A DNA stretch of 64,000 bases from an uncultured Gemmatimonadales bacterium (GTDB lineage: Bacteria; Gemmatimonadota; Gemmatimonadetes; Gemmatimonadales; GWC2-71-9), in NCBI GenBank assembly GCA_963728915.1, contig CAVSLV010000004.1, positions 352,001 through 416,000 on the forward strand. The letters are read 5' to 3'. Positions 51,235 to 60,662 of this stretch are shown in pieces. The notes below the pieces were generated by a model, which saw only the letters and a list, made by a program, of their open reading frames with translations, made no database searches and had not been told where the DNA came from. Each line of letters starts with the position of its first letter. Positions within the stretch are counted from its first letter, which is position 1. The translations under genes were made by a program, and so were the position numbers.

Positions 51235-51360
51235 GTCTGGAGGTCGGAAGGTCTGGCGGTCTGGAGGTCGAGGTGGCCTGGAGCTTTCTCCCGACCCTCC
51301 GACCCCCCGACCCCCCGACCCCCCGACCCCCCGACCTCCCGACTTCCCGACCTTCCGACT
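51233..51360. repeat. Largest inverted octamer array (GAGGTCKG)n / (CCGACCYC)n
   Basis: aggtctgg aggtcgga aggtctgg cggtctgg aggtcg ... about 9 units of ccgaccyy. Confidence 0.9.
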
Positions 51361-51372
51361 TAGTTTCACCTC

Positions 51373-52428
51373 ATGTCGATTACGCTGTCCGCTGACAAAC
51401 TGAACGCCGCCGAGGAACTTGCCGACCTGCTCGGCACCGGCCGGCGGGTCGCCCTCACCACCCATGTGCATCCCGACGGCGATGGTCTGGGGAGCGAAGT
51501 GGCGCTCGCCCACCTGCTCCTGGATCGAGGCCTCCAGGTTGCTATCGCCAATCCCACGCTCACGCCTCCTCGATTCGAGTTCCTGTTCCAGGACCTGAAC
51601 GGGATCGACCGGAGCCGCGAGGCGGTCAAGGCCCTGCGCGCCTCGGACGTGATCGTAGTGCTCGACATTTCGGACCTCGACCGGCTCGGCATGCTCACCC
51701 AGACGGTGGCGGGACTCCGCGTGCCGGTCGCCTGCATCGATCATCACGTGAGCCCGGGCACGCTCCCGCCGGGGCCGCGCTATCTCGATCCCACCGCGGC
51801 CGCCACCGGCGAGCTGATCTGCGAGATCGCGCTCGCCAATCGCTGGGTGCTGACGCCTCCCGTGGCGCGGGCCCTCTATGTTGCCCTGGTCACCGACACC
51901 GGCGGCTTCCGTTTCAGCAACACCAGGCCGCGGACCCTGCGGGTCGCCGCCGAGCTGCTGGAAACCGGGCTCGATCCCGAGGCGATCTACATGGATGTGT
52001 ACGCCAATGCGCCGGCGGGTCGGGCCCGCCTCTTCGCCGAGACGCTCCAGACCATGGTGGTCGAAGACGGACTGGCCTGGGTGACGGTGCCGCCGGGCGC
52101 GCTGGAACGCCACCAGGTCACGGTGGACGACCTCGACGGCATCATCGAGTTTCCCCGGTCGATCAGCGGGGTGCGGCTCGCGCTCCTGTTCCGGGAGATG
52201 TCCCGGGATCGGATCAAGGTCTCGCTCCGCTCGGTCGGCGATGTCGACGTGGCGGCATTCGCCAAGCCGTTCGGCGGCGGCGGACACAAGCATGCCTCGG
52301 GGCTTTCGCTCACTGGAAGCCTGCCCGAGGTGCAGGAAAAGGTGCTTCAGGAAGCCCGTCGCTATCTCGAGGGGTCCCGGTCCGGCGAGCGTATAGATTT
52401 GGCAATGCGTTTGGAGCCCGGACCATGA
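51373..52428 (+). CDS. nrnA: DHH/DHHA1 phosphoesterase (bifunctional oligoribonuclease / pAp phosphatase)
   Basis: HVHPDGDGLGS, CIDHH, TDTGGF, KVSLRS, FGGGGH. Confidence 0.9.
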   Translation: MSITLSADKLNAAEELADLLGTGRRVALTTHVHPDGDGLGSEVALAHLLLDRGLQVAIANPTLTPPRFEFLFQDLNGIDRSREAVKALRASDVIVVLDISDLDRLGMLTQTVAGLRVPVACIDHHVSPGTLPPGPRYLDPTAAATGELICEIALANRWVLTPPVARALYVALVTDTGGFRFSNTRPRTLRVAAELLETGLDPEAIYMDVYANAPAGRARLFAETLQTMVVEDGLAWVTVPPGALERHQVTVDDLDGIIEFPRSISGVRLALLFREMSRDRIKVSLRSVGDVDVAAFAKPFGGGGHKHASGLSLTGSLPEVQEKVLQEARRYLEGSRSGERIDLAMRLEPGP

Positions 52429-52655
52429 CGACCCTGGATCGCATCGAACAGACGCTCGACACGCTGCGGCCGTATATCGCCTCGCATCGCGGCAAGGTCG
52501 AGGTGGTCGATTTCGACGAGTCCGACGGCATTCTGCTGCTCCGCCTGGGCGGTACCTGCTCGGGATGCAGCGCCTCTTCCATCACCCTGCGGCAGGGCAT
52601 CGAAGCGCGACTGCGCCAGATGGTGCCGGAAGTGCGGCAGGTCGATGCGATCTGA
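52425..52655 (+). CDS. Stand-alone NifU/Nfu C-terminal domain Fe-S carrier
   Basis: LRPYIASHRGKVEVV, LGGTCSGCSASSITLRQGIE. Confidence 0.9.
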   Translation: MTTLDRIEQTLDTLRPYIASHRGKVEVVDFDESDGILLLRLGGTCSGCSASSITLRQGIEARLRQMVPEVRQVDAI

Positions 52656-52673
52656 CCGGAGCGTGCGGCCGGC

Positions 52674-53786
52674 GTGAGCTCGCGAGAGGCCCAGGTGGGC
52701 GCCGCCCTCGCGCGGATCCGGAACCCCCGACTCGACAACGATCTGCTCTCCGCCGGGATGGTCCGGGACCTGACCGTGACCGAGGACGGAGCGGTGAGCT
52801 TCACCTTCCTGCTCTCCCGGGAAGACCCGGCCACCCTGGTGCGGGAGGCCCGCGCCGCGGTGAAGCAGGTGCCCGGGATTCGAGCCGACGCGGTCAAGAT
52901 CACGGTAGTGGATCCGGCCGGGCCGGCGTCGTCCACCCACGGTCCGCCGGGCGCCCCCCAGTCGGCCGGGTTAGGGGTCCCCGCGCCGGTGCCGGTCGCG
53001 GCGCCCCGCCTGGGCCGGGTCATCGCGGTGAGCTCGGGCAAAGGCGGGGTGGGGAAGTCCACCGTCGCGGCCAATCTCGCGATCGCGCTGGGCCGGCAGG
53101 GACACCGGGTCGGGCTCATGGACGCCGACATCTACGGACCCAATATCCCCCGGATGTTCGGCTCCTTCGCCAAGCCCGCGGTCGTGGGTGGCCGGCTCCA
53201 TCCGCTCGATGCCTACGGCGTCAAGCTGATGTCGATCGGGTTCCTGGTGGAGCGGGACGCGCCGGCCATCTGGCGCGGCCCGATCATCATGAAAGTGATC
53301 CAGCAATTTCTCAACGACGTGGATTGGGGCGAGCTCGACTACTTCCTGGTCGACATGCCTCCGGGGACCGGCGATGCCCAGCTGTCCCTGGTCCAGTCCA
53401 TCGCGGTGGCCGGGGCGGTGATCGTGACGACGCCCCAGGAGATGGCGGTGGGTGACGCGCTCAAGGGTGCGAAGATGTTCGAGCGGGTCAACGTTCCGGT
53501 GCTCGGGATCGTGGAGAACATGGGACCGTACACCGATCCGGCCAGCGGGATCCGGTACACCTTTTTCGGAGAGGGCGGGGGAGAGCGGCTGGCCCGGGAA
53601 ACCGGAGTGCCCCTGCTGGGATCGGTTCCGCTTCAGCCGGGGCTGGCGGCGCGGGCCGATGAGGGCCGCCCGGTGGTGACCGATGCACCGGAAAGCGCCG
53701 CGGCGCTGGCCCTGCTCGAAATCGCGGAGAAGTTTCACCGGCTGGCCGGGGCGCGCCCCGCCGAGCTGCCGGTGATCAGCCAGTAG
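52674..53786 (+). CDS. mrp: Mrp/ApbC/NBP35 family ATPase with DUF59-like N-terminus
   Basis: SGKGGVGKST, DADIYGP, WRGP, DMPPGTGD, VTTPQ, VENM. Confidence 0.93.
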   Translation: MSSREAQVGAALARIRNPRLDNDLLSAGMVRDLTVTEDGAVSFTFLLSREDPATLVREARAAVKQVPGIRADAVKITVVDPAGPASSTHGPPGAPQSAGLGVPAPVPVAAPRLGRVIAVSSGKGGVGKSTVAANLAIALGRQGHRVGLMDADIYGPNIPRMFGSFAKPAVVGGRLHPLDAYGVKLMSIGFLVERDAPAIWRGPIIMKVIQQFLNDVDWGELDYFLVDMPPGTGDAQLSLVQSIAVAGAVIVTTPQEMAVGDALKGAKMFERVNVPVLGIVENMGPYTDPASGIRYTFFGEGGGERLARETGVPLLGSVPLQPGLAARADEGRPVVTDAPESAAALALLEIAEKFHRLAGARPAELPVISQ

Positions 53787-53789
53787 AGG

Positions 53790-54626
53790 CTATTTCCACT
53801 CCACCCGCACTCCGCCGACCGCGGAGCGCACTTCGATGTCCACCTTGCGGGCGGCCTGGTCGAATCCCTCCGAAGTCCAGGTCTTTCCGTCCCGGACGAA
53901 CCGGTCACCCTCGAATTTCGCGACCAGGCCTTCCATCTGAACCCGGATCCCCATGTCGTGGGGAGCTTCGAACACCACGCCGCCCACCGCGAGGGCGAGG
54001 TTCATGCGGGGATCTCCCCGCCACTCCCCCGCGAGTCCGATCCGGATCGCGCCGACGCCGCCTTCGAACCGCCAGGCCGGGCACCCGCTGTTCCCGGCCT
54101 GCTCGATGATCAGCTCACCCGCCCCCGCCTGGAACTCGGCGCTGCCGCAGGTCTCCGGGTTAGGAGCGCCGAACCGGACCCTCGTGCGGCCCGCGCCGCT
54201 CGCGACCCGGAGCGCCTGAAGCCGCAGGCCTCCAAGGTCGAGGTCGGCCTCTCCCGCGCCGAGCGTCATGCGGAGGTCCAGCGCCGCCTCCGGCGTGAAC
54301 CCGATGTCGGCGGTCTGGGGAAGGACGCGACGCCGTCCGATCCGAAATCCACCCCGTCGAATCATCTCGGCGCCGAGCCTGACCCCATCGTCCGGGCCAT
54401 ACTCGCCGAGGGGGCGGAACCGGGTCGGGTCATAGCGCAGGTTCATCTCGAAGAGTCCGCCCCCGGTCGAAGGCCCGACGTGGACCCGGCCCGCGGCGTA
54501 CTCGATCGTGGCGCGGAGGCGCCCTTCCCCGGAGTATCCGCGGGCATAGGAGTAGTCCTGAAGCACCGGCGCCGGTCCGCAGCTCGCGGCGAGGAGCAGG
54601 AGGGCGACCCAGGAGCGGCGGATCAC
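53790..54626 (-). CDS. Putative lipoprotein, toast-rack/LiaF-DUF2154-like beta-solenoid
   Basis: LAASC lipobox; repeats LGAGEADLDL, SGAGRT, AGAGEL, GGVGAI, AVGGV. Confidence 0.65.
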   Translation of the reverse strand: MIRRSWVALLLLAASCGPAPVLQDYSYARGYSGEGRLRATIEYAAGRVHVGPSTGGGLFEMNLRYDPTRFRPLGEYGPDDGVRLGAEMIRRGGFRIGRRRVLPQTADIGFTPEAALDLRMTLGAGEADLDLGGLRLQALRVASGAGRTRVRFGAPNPETCGSAEFQAGAGELIIEQAGNSGCPAWRFEGGVGAIRIGLAGEWRGDPRMNLALAVGGVVFEAPHDMGIRVQMEGLVAKFEGDRFVRDGKTWTSEGFDQAARKVDIEVRSAVGGVRVEWK

Positions 54627-55702
54627 GGGCGGGGCCGTTTCGCCGCGGTTACCCCGTAGCGCGGGGTGGCCCACAGGTATTCATCGGTCATTGCCTCGGG
54701 GGGCAGGAAGCGACCCGCCGCTTCGCCCCGGAGGCCGGCCCGGGAAAGCAGAAATGCCCCTAACCCGGAAGTCGCCGCGACCCAGGTGGGAAGCAGCGCC
54801 ACCAGGAACACCAGCGTGCCGGCCACCGGGATCCCGCCGAACCCGACCCAGGCGGCCCAGAGGACGCTCAGGAACCCGGCGCCGCTCAGCAGATAGCGAT
54901 AGCTGTTGGGCCCCACCGCCACCCCTTCCGCCATCCGGCGCCGGGTGCGGATTTCCCCCATCGCATGCAGGGCGGAAACCAGTCCCGCGAGGACCGCGGT
55001 CAGCAGGAGGAGGGGGACCACCAGAGCGACGAACGGCAGCAGCAGGATGCCGACGATACTCAATATCAGTCCGGCGATGATCAGCGCCGCCGTGGGCAGC
55101 GCGATGATCTGGGCCAGCACCCCGACCAGGAACGAGCGATAGAAGCTCCGCGCCACGGTATCCGAGATGACCTCGAGCCGCGGTTTGGCGAAGCTGACCA
55201 TGCCGAAACCGGCGAGCACCAGCGCCCCAAGCACTCCGATGACCCCTCCCGCCCGGGTGAAGAGTCCCGAGGATTCGACGGCTCCGGTTTCGTTCAGCCG
55301 GGCCGGTGCCGCGCGCAGCTCGCCCTGAACTTTTCCGCCCTGATCGACCGCACGACCGCCGATCACCAGCGCATCGCCGGTGACCAGGGCGCCGGGATGG
55401 AGCAGCAAGTCACCATCGAGCACCACGAGATTCCCGGTGACCTGGCCGGCCAGGTCGGCATCACCGCCGACCACAAGCAGGGGACCGTCGATCCGTTGCC
55501 CGGCCGCAATGCGGAGCCCACCCGAGTGCACCTGGCCCCCTCGCACGGTCAGCGTGCTCCCCTTCGGATCGGATCCGAGCGCGTCCCGAAGCTCACGCTC
55601 CAGCCTGGCCGGGTCGTTGAGCCGATCGAGCGAGATGACCTGGGTGACGACGTGAGCTGGCGGAGCAAGCAGGGCGGCGGCAGCGAGGAGGAACGGGGTC
55701 AC
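54623..55702 (-). CDS. Membrane protein with bactofilin-like (polymer-forming) N-terminal repeats and about 5 TM helices
   Basis: GPLLVVGGDADLAGQVTGNLVVLDGDLLL..VTGDALVIGG; hydrophobic C-terminal half. Confidence 0.7.
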   Translation of the reverse strand: MTPFLLAAAALLAPPAHVVTQVISLDRLNDPARLERELRDALGSDPKGSTLTVRGGQVHSGGLRIAAGQRIDGPLLVVGGDADLAGQVTGNLVVLDGDLLLHPGALVTGDALVIGGRAVDQGGKVQGELRAAPARLNETGAVESSGLFTRAGGVIGVLGALVLAGFGMVSFAKPRLEVISDTVARSFYRSFLVGVLAQIIALPTAALIIAGLILSIVGILLLPFVALVVPLLLLTAVLAGLVSALHAMGEIRTRRRMAEGVAVGPNSYRYLLSGAGFLSVLWAAWVGFGGIPVAGTLVFLVALLPTWVAATSGLGAFLLSRAGLRGEAAGRFLPPEAMTDEYLWATPRYGVTAAKRPRP

Positions 55703-55712
55703 TGAAGAACGA

Positions 55713-56276
55713 TCACCACTTCGGGTTGGCCGCCGGGACGGGATGCATCAGAAGTCGGCGGAGGGCTACCATCGATGCGGCATAGCCGATCACCAGAACG
55801 GATACCACCAGGGCAATCCGCCCACTCGACCCGCCGATCTTCCGGAGCGATTCGAGCCAGGGCTGTTCCGACAGGTTCTGGGCCATCGTGGCGAAGCCTT
55901 CCCACACCAGCTCGCGCAGCGCGGCCGCACCACGATCGACCCACGAAGCGAGAAGCGCCCGATTGAACAGGGACCAGACGACGCTCGCGCCCAGCGTGAG
56001 GATGAGTGAAGCCGCCAGAGCCAAGGGACGGCGAGGCCGGGATGGAGCTGCTACGGCTACCGGTCGCGTCACCTGGGCAAGCACCCGGTCCGCCAGATCG
56101 GCTCGGGGCGAGAAGGGAGCAAGTGTTTCCAGCATTCGGACGACCGCTCGGTCCTTCTCGACCAGGGCACGGCACTCGCCGCATTCGTGAAGGTGCTGGA
56201 GTGCTTCGGAGGACAACGACGCAGAATGAAACGCGTCGAGATCGTCGGCAGTGAAGTGCTGAGTGGGCCAGGTCAT
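55713..56276 (-). CDS. ZAS-type (zf-HC2) membrane anti-sigma factor
   Basis: H...HLHECGEC (HxxxCxxC), DLADRVL, TM helices; directly downstream of the ECF sigma. Confidence 0.8.
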   Translation of the reverse strand: MTWPTQHFTADDLDAFHSASLSSEALQHLHECGECRALVEKDRAVVRMLETLAPFSPRADLADRVLAQVTRPVAVAAPSRPRRPLALAASLILTLGASVVWSLFNRALLASWVDRGAAALRELVWEGFATMAQNLSEQPWLESLRKIGGSSGRIALVVSVLVIGYAASMVALRRLLMHPVPAANPKW

Positions 56277-56283
56277 GGAAGCT

Positions 56284-56312
56284 TCTACGGCGCCCTTTCC
56301 ATTTGGGTTTCC
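56284..56312 (-). promoter_or_regulatory. Candidate ECF promoter GGAAAC-N17-CGTAGA between sigma and anti-sigma genes
   Basis: Minus strand ggaaac ccaaatggaaagggcgc cgtaga agcttcc ATG; resembles the AAC/CGT ECF consensus. Confidence 0.5.
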
Positions 56313-56339
56313 GACGTACAAACCTGAAACGTCGTTTTC

Positions 56340-56966
56340 TTACTCGCTCTTCAGATGGTCCAGCATCGCCCGCAGCTCGTGTCTCGCGCGATGGATATAG
56401 GTCTTCACGGTGCCGAGCGGAAGGTCCAGGATTTCGGCGATCTCTTCATAGGATCGGTCCTCCACATGGCGGAGGAGAATACAGCTCCGATACTCGGGAC
56501 GGAGTTTGGCGATGGCGCGCTCGATCTCGCCGCCGAGCTCTCGATTCGCGACTTCATCGAGGGCGCTCTCACCGCCCGCGCCAAGCTCGAGGGAGGTGGC
56601 CTCGATGGCGTCGGGCGTCGTCGCATGGGGGGAGCCTTCCAGGGAGAGCGTGTCGAGCTCCCGCCGGCGGAGCTGATCGATCGCGACGTTGTTGGCGATC
56701 TTGAACACCCACGAGCTGAACTTGAACTCGGGGCGATAGGTGCCCAGGGCGTTGAGGACCTTCACGAAGGTGTCCTGGGACAGGTCCTCGGCGAGCTCGC
56801 GATTCCGGACCATCCGGTAGATCAGGGAGAAGACCGGACGCTGGTAGCGGCGAACCAGCTCACGGTAGGCGGCTTCCTCGCCCTCGCGGGCGCGGAGCAC
56901 AACCTCCTGATCGATGAGCCCCGTGAGATCCATCAGCGGGGGAGCATTCCGGTCAGTCTCCCACAT
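56340..56966 (-). CDS. ECF sigma factor (SigW/RpoE-like); start 56966 or 56933
   Basis: AEDLSQDTF, FKFSSWVFKIANN, SYEEIAEILDLPLGTVKTYIHRAR. Confidence 0.93.
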   Translation of the reverse strand: MWETDRNAPPLMDLTGLIDQEVVLRAREGEEAAYRELVRRYQRPVFSLIYRMVRNRELAEDLSQDTFVKVLNALGTYRPEFKFSSWVFKIANNVAIDQLRRRELDTLSLEGSPHATTPDAIEATSLELGAGGESALDEVANRELGGEIERAIAKLRPEYRSCILLRHVEDRSYEEIAEILDLPLGTVKTYIHRARHELRAMLDHLKSE

Positions 56967-56974
56967 GTCCCCGA

Positions 56975-57011
56975 TTGCCCTGACCAGCAGGAATGGATAC
57001 ATTCGGCGGCT
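56975..57011 (+). promoter_or_regulatory. Putative promoter TTGCCC-N17-TACATT, 8 nt before the ubiE ATG
   Basis: Motif and spacing read directly. Confidence 0.55.
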
Positions 57012-57740
57012 ATGTTCGCCACCGACAGGGAGTTACCGATCACCGGCGGGGCTCCCAAACGGGCTTACGTGCAGGGCATGTTCGAGGCGATCGCTCCGCG
57101 CTATGACTTCCTCAACCACCTGCTCAGCGCCAACCTGGACCGAGGCTGGCGCCGCCGGGCGGTGAATTGCCTTGGATGGGAGGACCGGCCGGCGGGTCTC
57201 TACCTCGATCTCTGTACCGGCACGATGGACCTCGCGGCCGAGCTGGGCAATCGATCCGGTTTTGCCGGGACGGTGATCGCCGCCGATTTCGTGCAGTCCA
57301 TGCTCCTCCTTGGCCGGGGCAAGTCGGCCCGGACGGTTCCCACCAACGCCGACGCCCTGACGCTGCCGTTCGCGGATGCGACCTTCGACGGCGCCACGGT
57401 GGGATTCGGCGTGCGCAATCTGACGGATCTGGATGCCGGCCTCCGGGAAGCGGCGCGGGTACTCAAGCCCGGTGCGCGTCTGGTGGTGCTGGAATTCACG
57501 ACCCCGCGGCGTAACCCGCTCCGCGGGCTCTACGCGTTCTACTTCCGGCATCTCCTCCCACGGATCGGCCGCATGATCTCGAAACATAGGGATGCCTACG
57601 AATGGCTGCCAGCATCGGTGACCGCCTTTCCCGGCCCTGAGGAGCTGGCGGAGCGATTCCGGAGCGCCGGCTTCGATACGGTGAGCTGGCGTGGGTTGCT
57701 CGGGGGCATCTGCGCGATCCATGTAGGGGCCAGGGGCTAG
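57012..57740 (+). CDS. ubiE: Demethylmenaquinone methyltransferase UbiE/MenG
   Basis: MFEAIAPRYDFLNHLLS, LDLCTGT, FGVRN, RVLKPG, VVLEF. Confidence 0.93.
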   Translation: MFATDRELPITGGAPKRAYVQGMFEAIAPRYDFLNHLLSANLDRGWRRRAVNCLGWEDRPAGLYLDLCTGTMDLAAELGNRSGFAGTVIAADFVQSMLLLGRGKSARTVPTNADALTLPFADATFDGATVGFGVRNLTDLDAGLREAARVLKPGARLVVLEFTTPRRNPLRGLYAFYFRHLLPRIGRMISKHRDAYEWLPASVTAFPGPEELAERFRSAGFDTVSWRGLLGGICAIHVGARG

Positions 57741-57758
57741 GGGTCAGGGACCAGGGAA
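57724..57758 (+). repeat. Heptamer tandem repeat YAGGGRN x5 over the ubiE stop
   Basis: taggggc caggggc taggggt cagggac cagggaa. Confidence 0.75.
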
Positions 57759-57769
57759 GAGGAATCGAC

Positions 57770-59263
57770 ATGGCGCTCGACAGCCTCCGGGAATTCATTG
57801 CCGCGATCGAGAACGCGGGCGAGCTCGTGCGCATCCGCGAGCCGGTCGCGACCAGGCTCGAGATCGCCGAGATCGCCGATCGTTGCATGAAGAGCGATCG
57901 GGGTGGGCCGGCATTGGTGTTCGAGCAGCCGGTGCTCGAAAACGGCCGGGTCAGCTCGATGCCCGTGGCGATCAACCTGTTCGGCTCGATGCGCCGGATC
58001 TGTCTCGCCCTCGGTACCGAGCGGCTCGACGACATCGGCGGTCGGATCGCGGAGCTGGTCGAGATGAAGGTGCCCGAGGGGATCATGGGCAAACTCGCGA
58101 TGCTGCCGAAGCTCGCCGAGCTGGCCAAGTTCCCGCCCAGGACGAAGGGGGGGCGTCCGGCGTGCCAGGACATCGTCTGGCAGGGTGACCAGGTCGATCT
58201 CGGCAGCATCCCGTTTCTGGTCACCTGGCCCGAAGACGGCGGCCGCTACATCACCCTCCCTCTGGTGATCACCGAGGATCCGGTGCGGGGAACCCGGAAC
58301 GTCGGGATGTACCGGATCCAGGTGCTGGGCCGCAATGAGCTGGCGATGCACTGGCAGCGTCACAAGGTCGGTGCGGCGCACTGGCGGGAGATGGCGGAGC
58401 GCAAGGAACGAATGCCGTTGGTGATCGCGCTGGGCGGCGACCCGGCGAGCATCTATTCCGGCTCGGCCCCCCTGCCGCCGACCATCGACGAGTTTCTCTT
58501 CGCCGGGTTCTTGCGGAGGAGCCCGGTGGAGCTCGCCCGGGCGGTCAGCTGCGACCTCGCGGTGCCGGCCGAGGCCGAGCTGGTGATCGAGGGGTACATC
58601 GATCCCGCCGAGCCGCTCGTGCTGGAGGGACCGTTCGGCGACCACACCGGGTTCTACTCCCTGGCGGACTACTACCCGAAGGTGCATGTCACCGCGGTTA
58701 CCATGCGGCGGGAGCCCATCTATCCGGCGACCCTGGTGGGGCGGCCCCCGATGGAGGACTACTATCTGGGGCACGCGACCGAGCGAATCTTCCTCCCCCT
58801 GCTCCGGCTCACCGTCCCCGAAATCGTGGACTACCACATGCCGGCCCCGGGAATCTTTCACAATCTCGTATTCGTCTCGATCGACAAGCAGTATCCGGGA
58901 CAGGCCTACAAGGTGATGAACGCCCTGTGGGGCCAGGGGCTGATGTCGCTGGCCAAGGTGATCGTGATCGTGGACCGGGACGTCAACGTCCAGGATCCCG
59001 ACGAGGCCTGGTGGGTCGCCCTCAACAACATCGACCCCGAGCGCGACGTGCGGTTCACCATGGGGCCCATCGATGTGCTCGATCACTCCAGCCGCGGTTT
59101 CACCTACGGCAGCAAGATGGGGATCGACGCGACCCGGAAATGGCCCGAGGAGGGATTCACCCGGGAGTGGCCCAGGCGGATCGAGATGGATGAGGCGACC
59201 CGGCGCCGGGTGGACGCGCTGTGGTCGAAGCTGGGGATCGAGCTGCGAGGGGATTCGAGGTGA
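57770..59263 (+). CDS. ubiD: UbiD-family menaquinone biosynthesis decarboxylase (MqnL-like)
   Basis: RNVGMYR, EGPFGDHTGFY, GRPPMED, KMGIDATRK. Confidence 0.95.
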   Translation: MALDSLREFIAAIENAGELVRIREPVATRLEIAEIADRCMKSDRGGPALVFEQPVLENGRVSSMPVAINLFGSMRRICLALGTERLDDIGGRIAELVEMKVPEGIMGKLAMLPKLAELAKFPPRTKGGRPACQDIVWQGDQVDLGSIPFLVTWPEDGGRYITLPLVITEDPVRGTRNVGMYRIQVLGRNELAMHWQRHKVGAAHWREMAERKERMPLVIALGGDPASIYSGSAPLPPTIDEFLFAGFLRRSPVELARAVSCDLAVPAEAELVIEGYIDPAEPLVLEGPFGDHTGFYSLADYYPKVHVTAVTMRREPIYPATLVGRPPMEDYYLGHATERIFLPLLRLTVPEIVDYHMPAPGIFHNLVFVSIDKQYPGQAYKVMNALWGQGLMSLAKVIVIVDRDVNVQDPDEAWWVALNNIDPERDVRFTMGPIDVLDHSSRGFTYGSKMGIDATRKWPEEGFTREWPRRIEMDEATRRRVDALWSKLGIELRGDSR

Positions 59264-60177
59264 GTCCCCCTCCCGACCTGCCTCACACCTCGCGCGAGGG
59301 CCAGACGTTCTCCGGCGCCAGCCTGCTGGCCCGGTACGCGAGCTTCGTCAAACTCCCCCACACCCTGTTCGCCCTGCCGTTCGCGCTGCTCGGGGTGCTC
59401 GCCGCCTCCCAGCAGTACCCGGTGACCGTCCGGATCGTGGCGCTGGTCATCGTCGCGTTTTCCGCGGCGCGCTGGGTCGCGATGGGATTCAACCGGATCG
59501 CGGACCGGGAGCTCGACGCCCGTAACCCGCGGACCCGGAATCGGGAGCTGCCCCGGGGCGCCCTGAGCCTGGGCCAGGCCTGGGGTTCGGTGGTCCTGGC
59601 GGGGGCGCTCTTCCTGGCGGCCTGCGCCGGGCTCAACCCGCTGTGCCTGGCGCTCTCGCCGCTCGCGCTGGGGTGGATCGTGAGCTACAGCTTCACCAAA
59701 CGGTTCACCTGGTGGCCCCACCTCTGGCTGGGGCTCTCGCTCGCGATCGCGCCCGCGGGAGGCTATCTCGCCGTGAGCGGGCGGTGGAGCGATCCCTGGT
59801 GGCTCCTGCCGGTCATCGGGTTAGGGGTCGCCACCTGGGTCGCCGGGTTCGACATCTTCTACGCGTTGCCCGACGAGCAATTCGACCGCTCGGAAGGACT
59901 CCGCAGCGCGGTGGTTCGATTGGGGATCCCGCGGAGCATCGTCCTGGCCAAGCTGCTTCATGGCCTCACCATTCCCGCCCTGGCCCTGTTCGGCTGGGCG
60001 GCGGGGTTCGGGGCGTGGTACTACGCCGGACTGGCGGTCGCGGCGGGAATCCTGGTGTACGAACACCAGCTGGTCCGCCCCGGCGACCTGTCCCGTCTCG
60101 ACGCGGCGTTCTTCACCATGAACGGCATCATGAGCGTGACGGTCTTCGGGTTCGGCCTGGTGGACCGGCTCCTCTAG
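59260..60177 (+). CDS. ubiA: UbiA-like polyprenyltransferase (MqnP-like)
   Basis: HTLFALPFA, FNRIADRELDARNPRT..RELP, YSFTKRFT, GFDIFYA. Confidence 0.93.
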   Translation: MSPPPDLPHTSREGQTFSGASLLARYASFVKLPHTLFALPFALLGVLAASQQYPVTVRIVALVIVAFSAARWVAMGFNRIADRELDARNPRTRNRELPRGALSLGQAWGSVVLAGALFLAACAGLNPLCLALSPLALGWIVSYSFTKRFTWWPHLWLGLSLAIAPAGGYLAVSGRWSDPWWLLPVIGLGVATWVAGFDIFYALPDEQFDRSEGLRSAVVRLGIPRSIVLAKLLHGLTIPALALFGWAAGFGAWYYAGLAVAAGILVYEHQLVRPGDLSRLDAAFFTMNGIMSVTVFGFGLVDRLL

Positions 60178-60197
60178 ACGGCGCGCCGCCGAGCCGG

Positions 60198-60662
60198 TCA
60201 GGGAAGGGTGTAGTCGAGGCTGTAGGAGTGCTTGCCGCTCTCGATGATGATGTGGAGGGTGCCCGCGATGCCGGCCAGCGCTCCGGTGCCGGAGTCGGGA
60301 ATGATCGTCACGCTGAGATCGGGTGTCCCCCGCGTCATCACCCCCCGGTGCAGCAGCAGGAACGAGCCCCGTTTCCCCCGGAGGGCGCCCTCGACCCGCT
60401 CGACCGCGACATAACCCGCCGACTCCTTGACCGCGGTCATGCCGGTGAGCATTTCCCCTTTCCCGGTCCCTTCGAGGTCCCCGTGGTACACCTTGTCGAT
60501 CGACATCCGGCCGAGCGGCGAGCCGGTGGAGTGGTCGTAGGCCTCCATCGGGGCAAGCTTGACCTCGAACGTTCCCTTGGCGGGCATGGGGCTGGTTTCC
60601 TGGGCGTGAAGGCTGGTGGCGAGCAGCAGACTCAGTGCCGACCAGCGCATGGGGGCCTTCAA
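60198..60662 (-). CDS. DUF3224 family protein with signal-like N-terminus
   Basis: KVYHGDLEG, SAGYVAVE, GSFLLLH, IPDSGTGALAGIAG, HSYSLDY. Confidence 0.88.
   Translation of the reverse strand: MKAPMRWSALSLLLATSLHAQETSPMPAKGTFEVKLAPMEAYDHSTGSPLGRMSIDKVYHGDLEGTGKGEMLTGMTAVKESAGYVAVERVEGALRGKRGSFLLLHRGVMTRGTPDLSVTIIPDSGTGALAGIAGTLHIIIESGKHSYSLDYTLP

Noticed and set aside
51233..51360. Repeat arrays as CRISPR or IS/MITE ends
   Set aside because: Units are 7-8 nt with no unique spacers, no cas or transposase gene, and no target-site duplication seen.
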